A DNA stretch of 54,671 bases, counting the filler, from Dirinaria sp. TL-2023a (Eukaryota): assembly GCA_051941275.1 (NCBI GenBank). It is 4 parts of 4 records of this genome, joined end to end, with 100 filler letters (N's around TTAATTAATTAA, not from the genome) between each part and the next. Parts side by side here need not be neighbours in the genome. Positions count along the whole stretch, not along the records: positions 27,429 to 41,014 come from JAVEBF010000672.1; positions 41,115 to 54,671 come from JAVEBF010000673.1; 2 more parts are not named here. One strand, given 5' to 3'. Every line of letters begins with the position of its first letter. Position 1 is the stretch's first letter. This document shows positions 34,076 through 46,101 of the stretch, in pieces. Made by a program: the position numbers and the translations under genes. Below the pieces are notes generated by a model, which did no database searches, was not told the origin of the DNA, and saw only the letters and a program-made list of their open reading frames with translations.

Positions 34076-35410
34076 ATGTCGGGCTCCGCGCTAGTTGGCC
34101 AGCCGCCAAAAACAAAAGAAGACTATGCTGTCGTCCTTGCCTTTGCGCGTATAGCGAACATACCAGAGGGCATGTTCGACCCGTCCAAAGGCTTTCCCAT
34201 GCCGTTGGTGCGCCCACCCTCGGATCATTACCCCGTCAGTTATCCAGACCGCGCTCCACAGATCATTGCTGCCATGTCGGTGGCCATATTCCTGGTGCTT
34301 TCCATCACTGGCACGCGGCTCGGTCTCCGCGTCTTGCGGAAAGACCTGCAATGGGGCTGGGATGACATTGTCGTGGTGCCAGCAGCGCTCTGCGTCATAT
34401 CCTGGCTGAGCATTGTGATTGCCATGACTACGCATGGCGGTCTGGGGAAGCATTATTACGACGTCACCTACGACGAGGTGTACTGGTTCTTACGTCTCGC
34501 TGGGATCGATCAGTTGATCTTCTATATCTCTGTCACGCTAATCAAAATATCCATCGCCCTGTTCAACCGACGTCTTACCGGCTTAACGTCTTCCCGCTGG
34601 ATGATCGCCCACAACATCTTCCTCTGCCTTCTCGTCATCTACCTCGTGCTTGGCATTCTCCTCAACGTCTTGGTGTGCTCTCCTGCCGGCGTGCAGTACG
34701 ACGCCATCAGATATGGTTCCTTGCCGGAGAAACCGCGTTGCCTCAATCAGAACAGCATGACGATATCCCTTAGCATCGTGCACATCATCTTCGATTTCGC
34801 CCTCCTCTCGGTTCCGCTCATTGTTCTTTCTCAGATCCAAATGAACATAGCCAAAAAGTTGCGCATCGGTTTCCTCTTCTCCGTCGGCTCCATTTCTTGC
34901 ATTGGCAGCGTCATGCGCCAGGTATTGTCCTATAACAGCCCGGTGGATATGACCTGGTACATCAAAATCATCTCCTGGACTACTGTGGACATCTTTTTCG
35001 CCATCACCGCCGCTTCGCTCCCTGTGCTCAACGCTTTGGTGCCAAAACGATGGCGTTTCTCCACTCCCAGCCTCCCACGCTTTGTCTATTGGTCCGAAAG
35101 TCGACGAAGCGGGCAAAATCGTGCCAGTGTCCGCCTGGGCAGCGAAGAAAGTATCAGACGTCCACCGTTCCGGCCCTATGGTGGGCCAGAGCCGAGGTTT
35201 CATGATGAATCCATCCTGAACGACCCTCCCAATCAGAGCTATACGACCACGGCTCCAGATGGAACGGTTTTGCTAGAGGTGCAAAGACTCTCTTCGTTTG
35301 AACAAGCCATGGACGTAGAGAAATTCGGTATGAGTGCTGTCAAGGGAGAAGAATCTGCAGCGAGCCCACAGAGGCCGACTCCTGCACTCCCATCCGATCA
35401 ACACTTTTGA
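34076..35410 (+). CDS. PTH11-like / fungal rhodopsin-domain integral membrane protein (no CFEM domain)
   Basis: About 7 hydrophobic segments, RLGLR..WGWDD, GGLGKH, LIKISIALFNRR, HIIFDFALLSVPL, KKLRIGFLFSVG, AITAASLPVL; disordered C-terminal tail. Confidence 0.88.
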   Translation: MSGSALVGQPPKTKEDYAVVLAFARIANIPEGMFDPSKGFPMPLVRPPSDHYPVSYPDRAPQIIAAMSVAIFLVLSITGTRLGLRVLRKDLQWGWDDIVVVPAALCVISWLSIVIAMTTHGGLGKHYYDVTYDEVYWFLRLAGIDQLIFYISVTLIKISIALFNRRLTGLTSSRWMIAHNIFLCLLVIYLVLGILLNVLVCSPAGVQYDAIRYGSLPEKPRCLNQNSMTISLSIVHIIFDFALLSVPLIVLSQIQMNIAKKLRIGFLFSVGSISCIGSVMRQVLSYNSPVDMTWYIKIISWTTVDIFFAITAASLPVLNALVPKRWRFSTPSLPRFVYWSESRRSGQNRASVRLGSEESIRRPPFRPYGGPEPRFHDESILNDPPNQSYTTTAPDGTVLLEVQRLSSFEQAMDVEKFGMSAVKGEESAASPQRPTPALPSDQHF

Positions 35411-36532
35411 ACCGTTTTGTCCCTTATCTTTCCTTTCTAGAAAGAAATCGGATTCATGATGAAAAAACTTGGTACATATCATCAGATATACCCATTTCAA
35501 TTAAGTATACCGCGTATTGTTATGTTTAGCGATAGCGTTGAGGAGTAATCTTGGACAAGTGGGTTTGAAAATCTTTCCTGGGCGGTCATGGACAAATATG
35601 GGATCAGCAGGCCCGACGCAATCCAAATTTATGAAAATGAATGGAATAATTATGTATACTTCCGAATGAAAGAAATATATTGATTACTCAGCAGCCTCCC
35701 GTCTCTATTGGCTCTATTATCTACCTTACCTGTTGGTTAGGTTACTCGTTGTTGATCTATCAATACCTCTGACGCCTTCATGCCTCAGATTTCAAACTAT
35801 CCATTTCTCTGCTGTGGCAGGATGTCAATCACAAGCAAAACCGCTTACCGAAACGACGATAGACTAGGTTTTTTGCCCATCAATTCATCGAAGCGCCACT
35901 TTCCAAGAATTAAATCGCTGGCATTCTTAAACAAGGGCGAGAGAACTCTCTAAAGCAGCCAATAATAACATGGCTCAATCCACTTCTTGTTTTGCCTGAG
36001 ACTTCGATTTAGCTGCCTTAAGAGAGGTACCTTAATGTAGCTTTCCAGCCCTAACCCTAGGTGCGCCGAAGCAACGACGTTCCAAGGTACCCCAATAATC
36101 TTTAACTTTTTTACTTCTTCAACAATTATTCGGAATGATCTGAGACCGAATGCATTGTGCTTGTTTTGCCATACACCACAGTTTCGGATTTCTTGCTCTT
36201 GCGGATGGAACAGATTTCTACGCAATGATTCTGCGTGCAATGAGCGAGCGCCTCGCTGGTTATTATTTGCATTTGAATATCTAAACAGTAGATACTTATA
36301 TTTTCGACGTTTGAAGGGCGGCCTTTTTTGAAGTCTGATTTTCTTATTATTTATGATGTTTGAACGTCTTTGATATTCGGTCCGAGCCTGTAGGACGCTG
36401 TTTCAAGAAGCTCGAAACGCCAAGCGGAGTTGACTAAGAGTATCCGGGGTTTTGATTTTGACAATGACGTCGCCATCCTGATACGGCGAACTACATTAAG
36501 GTACTAAGGCATTCTTCTTCAAGACGCCATGA

Positions 36533-37663
36533 ATGGCCTTCAACAACACCAACACTGACATCCTTCTCGCCGGAGCATTCGCCGCCTTCACCGTCGACCT
36601 CCTCGTCTACCCCCTCGACACCATCAAAACCCGCCTCCAATCTCCCGACTACAAGCGCCTCTACACCAATGCCTCCACCAAAGCCATCAGCCCGGCTCTC
36701 TTCAGAGGGCTATATCAAGGCGTTGGCAGTGTCGTGATCGCTACCGTGCCCTCATGTGAGACTTCCCCTCCCTTCCCCCCCCCAACAACGCACTAAACAT
36801 TCGCAATCAAAAAGCACATACCTTAAGAAGCGAAGCAAAGCGAACCCCAACTAACAAGCAACTCAGCAGGAGCATTCTTCACCACGTACGAAAGCACCAA
36901 ATCCGCGCTGCACGCCCTCAACACCCTACCCACCAGCGGGGTCAGCTCGCCTCTGCTCCCAACGCCCCTAATCCACTCCCTCGCCTCCTCGACAGGCGAA
37001 CTCGTCTCATGCTTCATCCTAACCCCCGCCGAAGTCCTGAAACAGAATGCGCAAATGGTGCGGACAAAATCCCGCTCCTCCTCCTCCTCCAAGATCTTCG
37101 ACCGCAACGCCACAATCACAGCCCTGCGCAAATTCAACCACCCGACACAGCTGTGGCGAGGGTACACGGCGCTCGCGGCGCGCAATCTGCCTTTCACGGC
37201 CATGCAGTTTCCCATGTACGAATGGACCCGGAGCTGGACGCTCGAATATCGCAAGAGAAAAGGGGTGTACAGCGGCAGCTTACTGGAAACGGGAACCGTA
37301 ACTGCCTTTTCGGCCGGCGCAGCCGGTTCCCTGGCTGCAGTCATCACGACCCCGATCGATGTCGTCAAGACGCGCATTATGCTCAGCGCAGCTGGGAGTA
37401 GCAGTGAAGCTGGGAACGGTGGGAACGTGTCGAAGAGCAAGCTTGAGAAAGCGACCAGAGCGCAGCGGAGGGGAGGACTGGCGGTTGCGAGGGAGGTTCT
37501 GCGCACTGAAGGGGTGAGGGGATTGTTCCGCGGCGGCGCGCTGAGGGGCCTGTGGACTGCCCTTGGGAGCGGGCTTTATTTGGGCGTGTACGAGAGTGGG
37601 AGACGGTCCTTGGAGGTTCGGCGGCTGAAGATGGGCGGAGAGGAGGGGGAGTCGAGTGTGTAA
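36533..37663 (+). CDS. PET8: Mitochondrial carrier, S-adenosylmethionine carrier (Pet8/Sam5)-like; exons 36533-36755, 36867-37663
   Basis: Three carrier signatures YPLDTIKTRLQ, TPAEVLKQNAQ, TPIDVVKTRIM; RNLPFTAMQFPMYE. Confidence 0.8.
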
Positions 37664-39812
37664 AAGCATAGAAGGTTTGGGTATTGATTTGTAGATACGT
37701 GTAGGTACAGGGCCTCTTCGTTGTTCTTACTCTTCTTCTTCTCGTTTTTCTTTTTCTTCATTTTCTTTTTTTTAATTTGGTTTGATGCTCGCTTCTATCG
37801 CTTCTACTCTTCTCTCTTTCTTTCTCGTTATTAAGCAACGGCCTCACTGCGGAAGAAATCCTAAAGTTCTCCCTGAGCTTTCCTTTTTTCTCTCTTTTTT
37901 TTTTTTTTTCTTGGTGGTTGGGCAGATTTAGATCTCGGATGTTGGTAGGGGATAAGATATTTTTATCTAATAATGTGTTTGGAGATGGAGATAAGAAGGA
38001 AATGCGTCAACAAATTAAATTTTTATTTTTTTTTTATTTTTTTATTTTGGAATTTTGATACTTGGCTATCTACTTTACTGCCACTGGTTGCGCTACTGCG
38101 TTTCAGAACCCCATGTTGCACCTCTCTCTGCCCTTTCTCTCTCTCTCTCGGCTTGAAACGAGTTTCTACTACCGTTTTCGCTGAATCCCAGGTGGTTTCT
38201 GCCTCCCACGCGCATAGTAGAAGCCGTCTCGACTCTTGAGTCGATTCGGACTTTTGCTGTAGAAAGAAAGCGCCTGAGCTATTTCCTGCAGGCTCATTGC
38301 AGGTTGGTAGGCTGTCGAGAACAAAGCCCAAACGAAGGTTGGGTTGCCGGGCCGTTGATAAGCTGGGCTATTCGATCACACAAGCGTGTGGATCAGGAGA
38401 CCAGTTTCTTCATGCTAGAGTGAAATGCCTTCGCCTTGATTGTGGCCGTTGGGATGAGATTTTCAATCTCGCATTGTAGCTTTCGCATGGGTTTGGCAAG
38501 CCTTTCTATGGGATGGCAAAACCAGCGTGGCGGACGAGGACATTGAGTCTGCTGTGCTTCGCGCTGCTTTGGTTTTCGGATGTCAGAAACCCGCTTTCGT
38601 CGTTCGTGGTATCGGGCTCAATCATGTGATCTCCCAATTACAGACCGATCCTTCGATGGTCGTTGGTGGCTATGAGATCTTTCTCCGCCCTTGGAGTGGG
38701 TAGAAGAAAGCAGAGGTCGGATGGTGATAGAGTGACCATGGCTTTTCATGTTGACACGCCAATGCCCTTGCTGGCTTCGCTGATGACCGGTATCTTTGCT
38801 ATTCAGATGTTGAGATTGTTGGCTGCTAGGCCCAGTCTGAAGAGCGTCGAAGGTCTGGAGGATGATATCGGAGTACATGTTGGCGACGGATGGGGGATGG
38901 TTTTATCCACTTATGTAATGTGCAAGGTACGGTGAATCGGTTTTGGATGGATTAATTGGTATGAAAAGAACAGTACGTATTGGATGGAATAGACCTGTTG
39001 ATGATAGAAATTCGAGGGAGGAAGCATCTACTTATCTATTCTTCACTGTGCTCTAACAATCATAACATGGACACGGTTTCAGTAAGCGCATGAAAGGTAA
39101 ACTCCGCTAAGCCAGCCCGATGGATGTTTAAATCCGTCCTTCGCCGCGTCATGGCAGCTAAAACTCGGGGACGGGGCTGGAGATCGGGCTTTGTATTGCA
39201 CCTGCTTAGGGAAAAAAAAAAAAAAAACGTTGCGGCCTGGAATCTAGCACCGGAACTAGATAAGGTAGTGTGAAGATAGCGAGAGTTCATGCGAAGATAC
39301 ACACGAATAGAGAAGCATTCCGCTGGCGGTTGTTTGAAGGCCAAGAAGTGCCCATGGTTTGCGACAGTGAGTGTTCTGCCATGCGCCTGAACGATGGAAA
39401 TCTCCAATTCCCGAAGCTCATGCAGATCGATCGAGGCTTGAAAGCACTCGAACAATGATTCTCGGAGTCTTTCATCATTGTCATGCGCGTGGCCTTCTGG
39501 GAATCTGAAGCATTCTGCGTTAACGCATTGCCGGTCGGCAACAAGAGGACTTTAAGCGTGTGGGCTTAAGACCGACGGGGATAGTAGCTAGCTTATGTAA
39601 GGTACCTTAGGTAAGGTACAGTAAGATTGACCGAAAAAGCCGCTATTCTACATTGGGATAAGCCCGATGGCCCCGAGACGAGCCTGACGGGAAAAAGTTG
39701 CTCCGAATATTCCGACTTCAACGCACAACAAAATTGTTGTGGAATACAGAGGTACTCCAGGTACACTATCCAGAACCACTTGAAGCGTCCCCGCCGCCTC
39801 CGAGATTTCACT

Positions 39813-41014
39813 ATGGCGGCCGATCTATTGTGAGTATCTGCGAGAAGGAAAGACCGTGAAGATGCTAAATGTGTCTACTAGAAAAGAGACTCCATTGAAG
39901 AGTGTCCAGGTCGAGGGACTGGTACGGGCAGACTCATCATTACCACCGAGGTGAATCCAGGAAGCTGAACATGATGTTAGGTGGTCATGAAAATCATAAA
40001 GCACTGCGCGCAAACATTCCCAACCACCGCGACCGGCTTCGTCGTCGGCATGGACGTCTCCTCTCAGCTCCAAATCACAAACTCCTTCCCCTTCCCCACA
40101 GTTGACGCCCCCCAAACCGACGGCCATCACGATGGCAACGCCGCCTCAAACACCCCTGCCGCCGCTCCCCGGGCAAAATCCAACACCGCATACCAAGCGG
40201 AAATGATCCGGAAACTGCGAGAAGTGAACGTCGACGCCAACAACGTGGGCTGGTACACGTCAGCCAACCTAGGCAACTTCATCAACCTGAACATGATCGA
40301 AAACCAATACCATTACCAGAAAGAGCTCAACGAGCGCACCGTGGCGATCGTACACGACGTCCCGCGCTCGTCGCAGGGGAGCCTCAGCCTGCGCGCATTC
40401 CGCCTCTCGCAGGCCTTCATGACATCCTACAAGGAGAACAAATTCAGCAGCGAGGCGCTCTCGAAATCCGGCCTCCGGTACCAAGATATCCTCGAAGAAC
40501 TCCCACTCACGGTGCACAACTCGCACCTGCTAACCTCCTTCCTGCACACATTACCCGCCCCCTCGACTGCCTCCCAACAATCCCAACCGCCCTCCCTCGC
40601 CAACCTGAACAAAGAACCCTTACCTCTAACCCCGAACCTGACCTCCTCGCTCACCCTCACCATCGACCCGTTCCTCCTCCAAACCACCGAATCCCTCCTC
40701 GACACCATCGAAACGCACCACACGGAGCTCAACAACCACCAATACTACCAACGCCAACTGGCGCGCGAACAGGCCAAAATCACCGCCTGGCAGCAAAAGC
40801 GCAAAGCGGAGAACGCTTCGCGCGCCCTGGCGAAACAGGCCCCCTTGCCGGAAGACGAGTGGCAGCGCCTGTTCAAGCTGCCGACGGAGCCGGGCAGGCT
40901 GGAGACGCTGATCAATAGTCGCCAGGTGGAACAGTATGCGCGCCAGGTAGACGGCTTTACAGCGAGTGTCAGCGCGAGGATGTTTGGTGTACGGGAGAAT
41001 CTGTTACCGGGTGT
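39813..41014 (+). CDS. EIF3H: Eukaryotic translation initiation factor 3 subunit H; exons 39813-39829, 39882-39921, 39981-41014; stop codon lost in the gap
   Basis: [31 protein letters not shown] domain [36 protein letters not shown]-terminal [21 protein letters not shown]. Confidence 0.92.
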
Positions 41015-41114
41015 NNNNNNNNNNNNNNNNNNNNNNNNNNNNNNNNNNNNNNNNNNNNTTAATTAATTAANNNNNNNNNNNNNNNNNNNNNNNNNNNNNN
41101 NNNNNNNNNNNNNN
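41015..41114. other. Assembly spacer (N-TTAATTAATTAA-N), not biological
   Basis: Same 100-nt structure as the other two spacers. Confidence 0.97.
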
Positions 41115-41386
41115 CGTGATTGGTTGTTCATTACTATTTAGCTTTTGAAAGATCGAGGATACGGGTTTTTTGTGGAGATGGCTTTGCGAGCTGAAGTGTT
41201 GTTTCTTTCTTTTCTTTTGGGAGTAACACGATCTCTCTTTCCCACATGGATTCGGAAGCTGACTGTCTACAGTATCTAAAAAATGCAGAGCAAAACACGC
41301 AGTAACCTCTAACTAACAAACAGAAACTGCTTGCAAGCAAAGTGCACACCCCCGCCTGCCTCATTCAGAAGCAAGATTCAAAAACT

Positions 41387-42736
41387 TCAAAGCTCCGCAA
41401 CATTGACCCCCTTGGGATCCTTATTGAAAGCTTTCACCATGCCATAGATCCGCTCGTAGAACAGTCTCGTATTCTCTCCCATCTGCTCCTCCTTATGAAA
41501 CTCCTTCAAAGCGATGGCCGTCCGCCGATAATAATCCTCCAGCTCAACCAACCCCCGTTCCAGAGCGAGAACGGGAGCAACGACAGGTACTTCGGGGAGC
41601 TCGTTTTTGGGGACGGCGGTGAAGGGGATGCGTGTGAGGTAGGCTTCGATGTTATCGTAAGCTTCTTGGGCATCGGATTTGAGAGCGGCGGCCTCGTCGG
41701 GTGTAGAGGAATGGTATTCCACCAGCCCATGCCAGAGCTGGAAGAACGTCCGCGCGACCATGGTGTGGACGTACATGCGGAAGCCAAGAGCCTGGTCTGG
41801 AAGCTGGAGATCGGGTTGCGAGTGATGTGCTTTGGATGGTACTTCGGCGATGGTCTGGTTGGCGATTTGGTCTTTGACGGATTGTGCGAGTTGGATGTAT
41901 GCCTGCACGAATTCGAGAGGTGTCCACCGTCCACTTACGCCGTCGTCGGGGGTTTCGGCGCTCCAGGATGAGCCGAGCGGATGGTGAGTCTTGTCGCTGA
42001 AGAAGGGTTTGATGATCAGCTCATTCTTGACAATGTCGAAGCCGGATACCCAGCCTCGCTTTGTAAAATTCTCTGGCTCTTGATAGGAGTCGATGATATC
42101 GTGGACTATCATCAACGGACGCTTGTTCTTCAGATGATCCTGCTCGCTGATGATGTTCAAGAGTTCCTCGCTGTGATCATGACCGGGGCCCGCCATGTAA
42201 TTCACGATCTGGGAGTTGAGAACCTTAGGATATACGACCTCATATTTGAGCCATTGCTCGACGGAGTGTTTTCTCGCGTTCTGGATTGCTTCGGGGTCTT
42301 CGACTTTCTCCCCATTGTGTTCGAAGTGGCCTTCGGCCCAGTGATTCTTGAATTCCTCGTCGTTCATGAAATGCGCAACTAGGGCATCAAGTGCAGCTTT
42401 AGTAGCCTCGCTCTCTGTCTCTAGTTTCTCGTGTCCTTGCAATTCCTTAACTTCTTTAAAATGGTTTGGATTTGCATCGTCAACGTCAGCGTAGATCAAG
42501 GCGCCGGCACTGACGAACCTGTACACCATGCGATGCATATGTTCTTGAAGAGCGTCCGAGAAATAGAATGGATATCTGGGGTTTGGCAACTTCTCAGATG
42601 GCGGGAAGGGATACTTATTTCCTTCATCGATTTCGCAGCGGGTCACCTTAGCAGATCCGCAGGGGATTGTGTAGTCTTCTGTTTTGAGGAAATATTCCTC
42701 ATCGTCCAAATACCAGTTGGCTGTTACGGAAGACAT
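41387..42736 (-). CDS. Hypothetical intronless 449-aa acidic, His-rich protein; no family recognised
   Basis: Long ATG-initiated ORF (context GCAATG) with globular-protein composition and TATAAAA ~150 bp upstream. Confidence 0.75.
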   Translation of the reverse strand: MSSVTANWYLDDEEYFLKTEDYTIPCGSAKVTRCEIDEGNKYPFPPSEKLPNPRYPFYFSDALQEHMHRMVYRFVSAGALIYADVDDANPNHFKEVKELQGHEKLETESEATKAALDALVAHFMNDEEFKNHWAEGHFEHNGEKVEDPEAIQNARKHSVEQWLKYEVVYPKVLNSQIVNYMAGPGHDHSEELLNIISEQDHLKNKRPLMIVHDIIDSYQEPENFTKRGWVSGFDIVKNELIIKPFFSDKTHHPLGSSWSAETPDDGVSGRWTPLEFVQAYIQLAQSVKDQIANQTIAEVPSKAHHSQPDLQLPDQALGFRMYVHTMVARTFFQLWHGLVEYHSSTPDEAAALKSDAQEAYDNIEAYLTRIPFTAVPKNELPEVPVVAPVLALERGLVELEDYYRRTAIALKEFHKEEQMGENTRLFYERIYGMVKAFNKDPKGVNVAEL

Positions 42737-42885
42737 TGCGACCAGTATGTCGATGGGAAGAATTTGGCAAAATGATGTTGCGTAAAAGTTTGACGGTGTA
42801 TTGATTCAAGTGATTGTTGGAAAGCTTGGGCTTTTGTGAGCAGAGAATATGTGGAAGGTGCTCCTTTGGAAGAGATCTTCAAAGT

Positions 42886-42892
42886 TTTTATA
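42886..42892 (-). promoter_or_regulatory. TATA box of the 449-aa gene
   Basis: Minus strand GGTATAAAAACT, 150 bp upstream of the ATG at 42736. Confidence 0.55.
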
Positions 42893-43376
42893 CCTGTGGA
42901 GACCTTCGACGAGCGTCCTTTCGCATTCTTGAGTCAGGATTTGGGTAAAATTTTGGTAGTATCACACTTGCTATTCGCGGCTTGAAGAGTCAGCGACTCT
43001 CTATAGGAGCTATGATTCCTCGTAATGTGATAGCTGTATAGCCACCGTGGTAAGTCATGATATCTGTTACTGAGCAACGCATGCTCTCGCTTTGTCGGAC
43101 CGCCCTCCATTAGGCCCTGCCAGTACATCGCACGTAAATCACGAATTGTGACTTTCTAGCTTTAATCAGGCCGGCAAGTCGACCATGCCACCCTAAGTCT
43201 TATTCAAAATCAACAGTACAAGTTGAATACCATACGAAGATTCATAAGATGCCTCAATCAGACGTACGTGAGTCAGCTCCAGTATTTTTGAGAATCGATG
43301 CGTGTATAGTTATGAAATGAAGAATCAACGCATAGTATTAGCAAAGATGACAGCTCTGACGCATTTACCTCCAAAT

Positions 43377-45111
43377 TCATCCAAAGATGGTGTCAAGCAT
43401 TAACGGGGCCAAGACTCTGTCGCCAGGAGTTGCAATACAGCGCCCGACGTTGTTTCCTCTTGACCTACTCAGCCAATCCCCGTTATCCGAGGGTTCATCA
43501 CCACTTTCAACATCATCGTCGAGCTTCTTTCGATCTCGGCGGTCCACGACGCACATGCCACGCGTCCATTGACCGGCGGTCTCGATTCTAATATCCTCGT
43601 CCCGCGTAATCTGCCAACGGTCTTTCTGCTGAGTAGCGGTTAGGGCGTACCACACGCAGAGAGGATCGTGTAGGCTTATGGCCGCATTTCTACCCTCGTG
43701 GCCATGATGCAAAGACTCCATTTTTTTGAACGTAGGGTGTATGAACCCTTTTGTCCATTCTGCCAACGGGCTACCTCTCTCCATCAAGAGTCCTGTCTTA
43801 GCTTCAAACTCGTCTTGCAGCAGTCTGTGAGGATCTGTTATGTCAAGTGGGAACAAGATGAGGTTCAGCCTGCGGTCTCCCAGTTCAGCCTTAGGCGGAT
43901 AGGGAGGCAACAACCGCTCGTTGCTGCCTTCTTGAGTAGAAAGTGGTGGCTGTGGAGGCATCGTACTTTCTGGTGTCCGCGAGGTCAAAGCAAATACCCG
44001 CGCTGCCGCCATTGGGTCAGCAATTGTATTAAATTCTGCTACAGGAGTGATGTTGCCAGGTAAAGATATTGCACCGCCCATAAAAAGGACGGATCTAGCG
44101 CGAAGGAAGACCCGAGGATCTTGTGATGCTGCAAGGGCAACATTAGTCAACGGCCCTATAGCTATTATGTCAATAGTATCCGGATGGTTCTCTCCTAGAA
44201 GCCGAAGAATCTCATGGTATGAAGATCGATTCGAAGCCTTGAAAAGTGAAGAAGACGAAGCAGGTTCCGTGCCTGATGCATTCGCGGCGGCTGACGTAAG
44301 CGGGGAATCTGGTGGATGACTTGTAAATAAGGTCTGCCATGTCTCTTCAGGACTGGTATGATGAGGGTGCTTCCGAATCGTTAGCTACAATGGCTCGCCG
44401 TGGTCAAGTCAAATAGAGGAGACGTTCAAGAAGGCGTATTAGTATTGACATAGGGGAAGGCAAAGGTCAGGAGGGTCAGCTAACGGAGAAAGCGAAATTC
44501 ACAAAAGATTGAGGTGGGTTTTCTTACACTCGTGTGAACACCAGCCAGGCCATCCTTCCCATCTAGAGACTGTTTCAGCGACGCGGTGCCGTCTCCGATC
44601 TGCCTTGCACGTACGAAAGTAGTCGGCCATGATCATTTGCTCGCCCAGCGGCTTCTCGGCCCCGATAGCAACCAGAGGCTTGCATCGTCTCAGTGCCTCA
44701 AAACCTTCTGGTCTACCGTTCTGCCTGCGCCAATGTATCTCTTTCTCTATGACATGGAACATGGATACGACATTGCGAAGACAACTATCCAAGTTTTAGC
44801 TAGCAATCTTCGAGAAAAATAGCATGCTGACCCTTTCACGTCCACGTTGCCAAACGTGATGGAGATTAATTGCACTTCCAAGTCCTCGGGCGACGAGGAC
44901 AAAGCCAGCAGCAGAGCAAGGACATCGTCTACACCCTAACGATCTCAATTAGGCTTACATGAAGAATGAAGCAGTTTCAGATATAGCGCTCTGTGCTGAT
45001 TTTTTGCAAGAAATTAAGACAAGAGAAGACATACAAGGCGAAGGGGTAAGGGTCAAAGCAGAAACCGATGCTTACAGGATCTGTATCGATGATGACCCTT
45101 CTGGGTGGCAT
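43377..45111 (-). CDS. Inosine/uridine-preferring nucleoside hydrolase; exons 45111-45076, 44935-44832, 44784-44615, 44562-44528, 44369-43377
   Basis: MPPRRVIIDTDP-GVDDVLALLLA (DxDxxxDD calcium motif), ITFGNVD, YF-HGKDGLAGV, AIGPLTNVALA, MGGAISLPGNITPVAEFN, FPLDIT, LHDPLCV. Confidence 0.9.
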
Positions 45112-46101
45112 CTTGGTAGCAGCAATATGTGGAAAATAGGATGACAAGAAGGGAGCTATGATGAGATCGGGAGTATTCTCCTCAAAAGTTTTGGGATAGA
45201 AGGTCAGAGAGGTCTGCTGGACAAACAAGGGAGGGATCACTGCTTCGTCATCGCGCTGGCATGTAATGCTCGCTTTTCTATCAGCGGACCATTGCAATGA
45301 TGAGCAACGTCTTATTAGTTTCTTCACTCGTAAATATACTTATATGTACAAAAAAAAAGACTTATCTGGAGGTGCAGTCACTCATTACATATTTACTACG
45401 TCAAATGGTCCCGTCCGCTCGGTTATGCTCAATGGGGACTAGCCTCTTTCATCCACAGACATGCCTCGCATGCTCATGTTGGTTGGTCAAGACAGCTGCT
45501 CTACTGTACATTGGGAAACCACAGGCCAAATCTCAAGCCTCATTACTTGACGATGAGAAGCAGTGAGAAAGAAAGCCGAGCCTACCTGAAGGTCTCGGAA
45601 TTATCATATCGGTCATCGTTGGAGTAATTAAATTTGTGTAAAAAAAGCCCAGATCCTCATCAATAGTCTATCATCTGCTTGTGCGTTTCTCTTACTTTGT
45701 CTTCATTTGGGTTGTTGCAGACGAGGCGCTACCTTATTATTGAGCGTCGGAATTGATACCTTAATCTGCTGCGGTAATATAGCGGGGTCAAGCCGACTCC
45801 GCATCCTGCAGGCCATTGATTGAGCGGGTAAAGTCGAGCCGGAGGAAGGACGACCTCGGCAGACGGGCATTCCATTTCATGTTGAAATTCAGGTATTTCT
45901 TGAATTTAGAAAGGAGGTTCCGTGAAAGTAGACGTACTTGAGAAGGAGCGATGGAAGGCAGCGAAGCGCAGCTGCCAGTTAAACCTCAAGAGGAGGCAGA
46001 CACGTCTGATTCACGATCCAACAATGTACGTATCTTTCGTTTACCATCGGTCTCTCGTTATAGTCCAGATGTTCAATATCACACATTCTTAACATTGGAT
46101 C

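Noticed and set aside
38023..38878. Minus-strand ORFs 38618-38878 and 38023-38331 with a good ATG context
   Set aside because: Interrupted by several stops, no convincing introns to join them, no family resemblance
45951..46101. Upstream ATG and intron-like GTACGT before fahA as an N-terminal extension
   Set aside because: Neither candidate acceptor (46062, 46067) joins in frame to the FAH ORF; at most a 5' UTR intron or uORF
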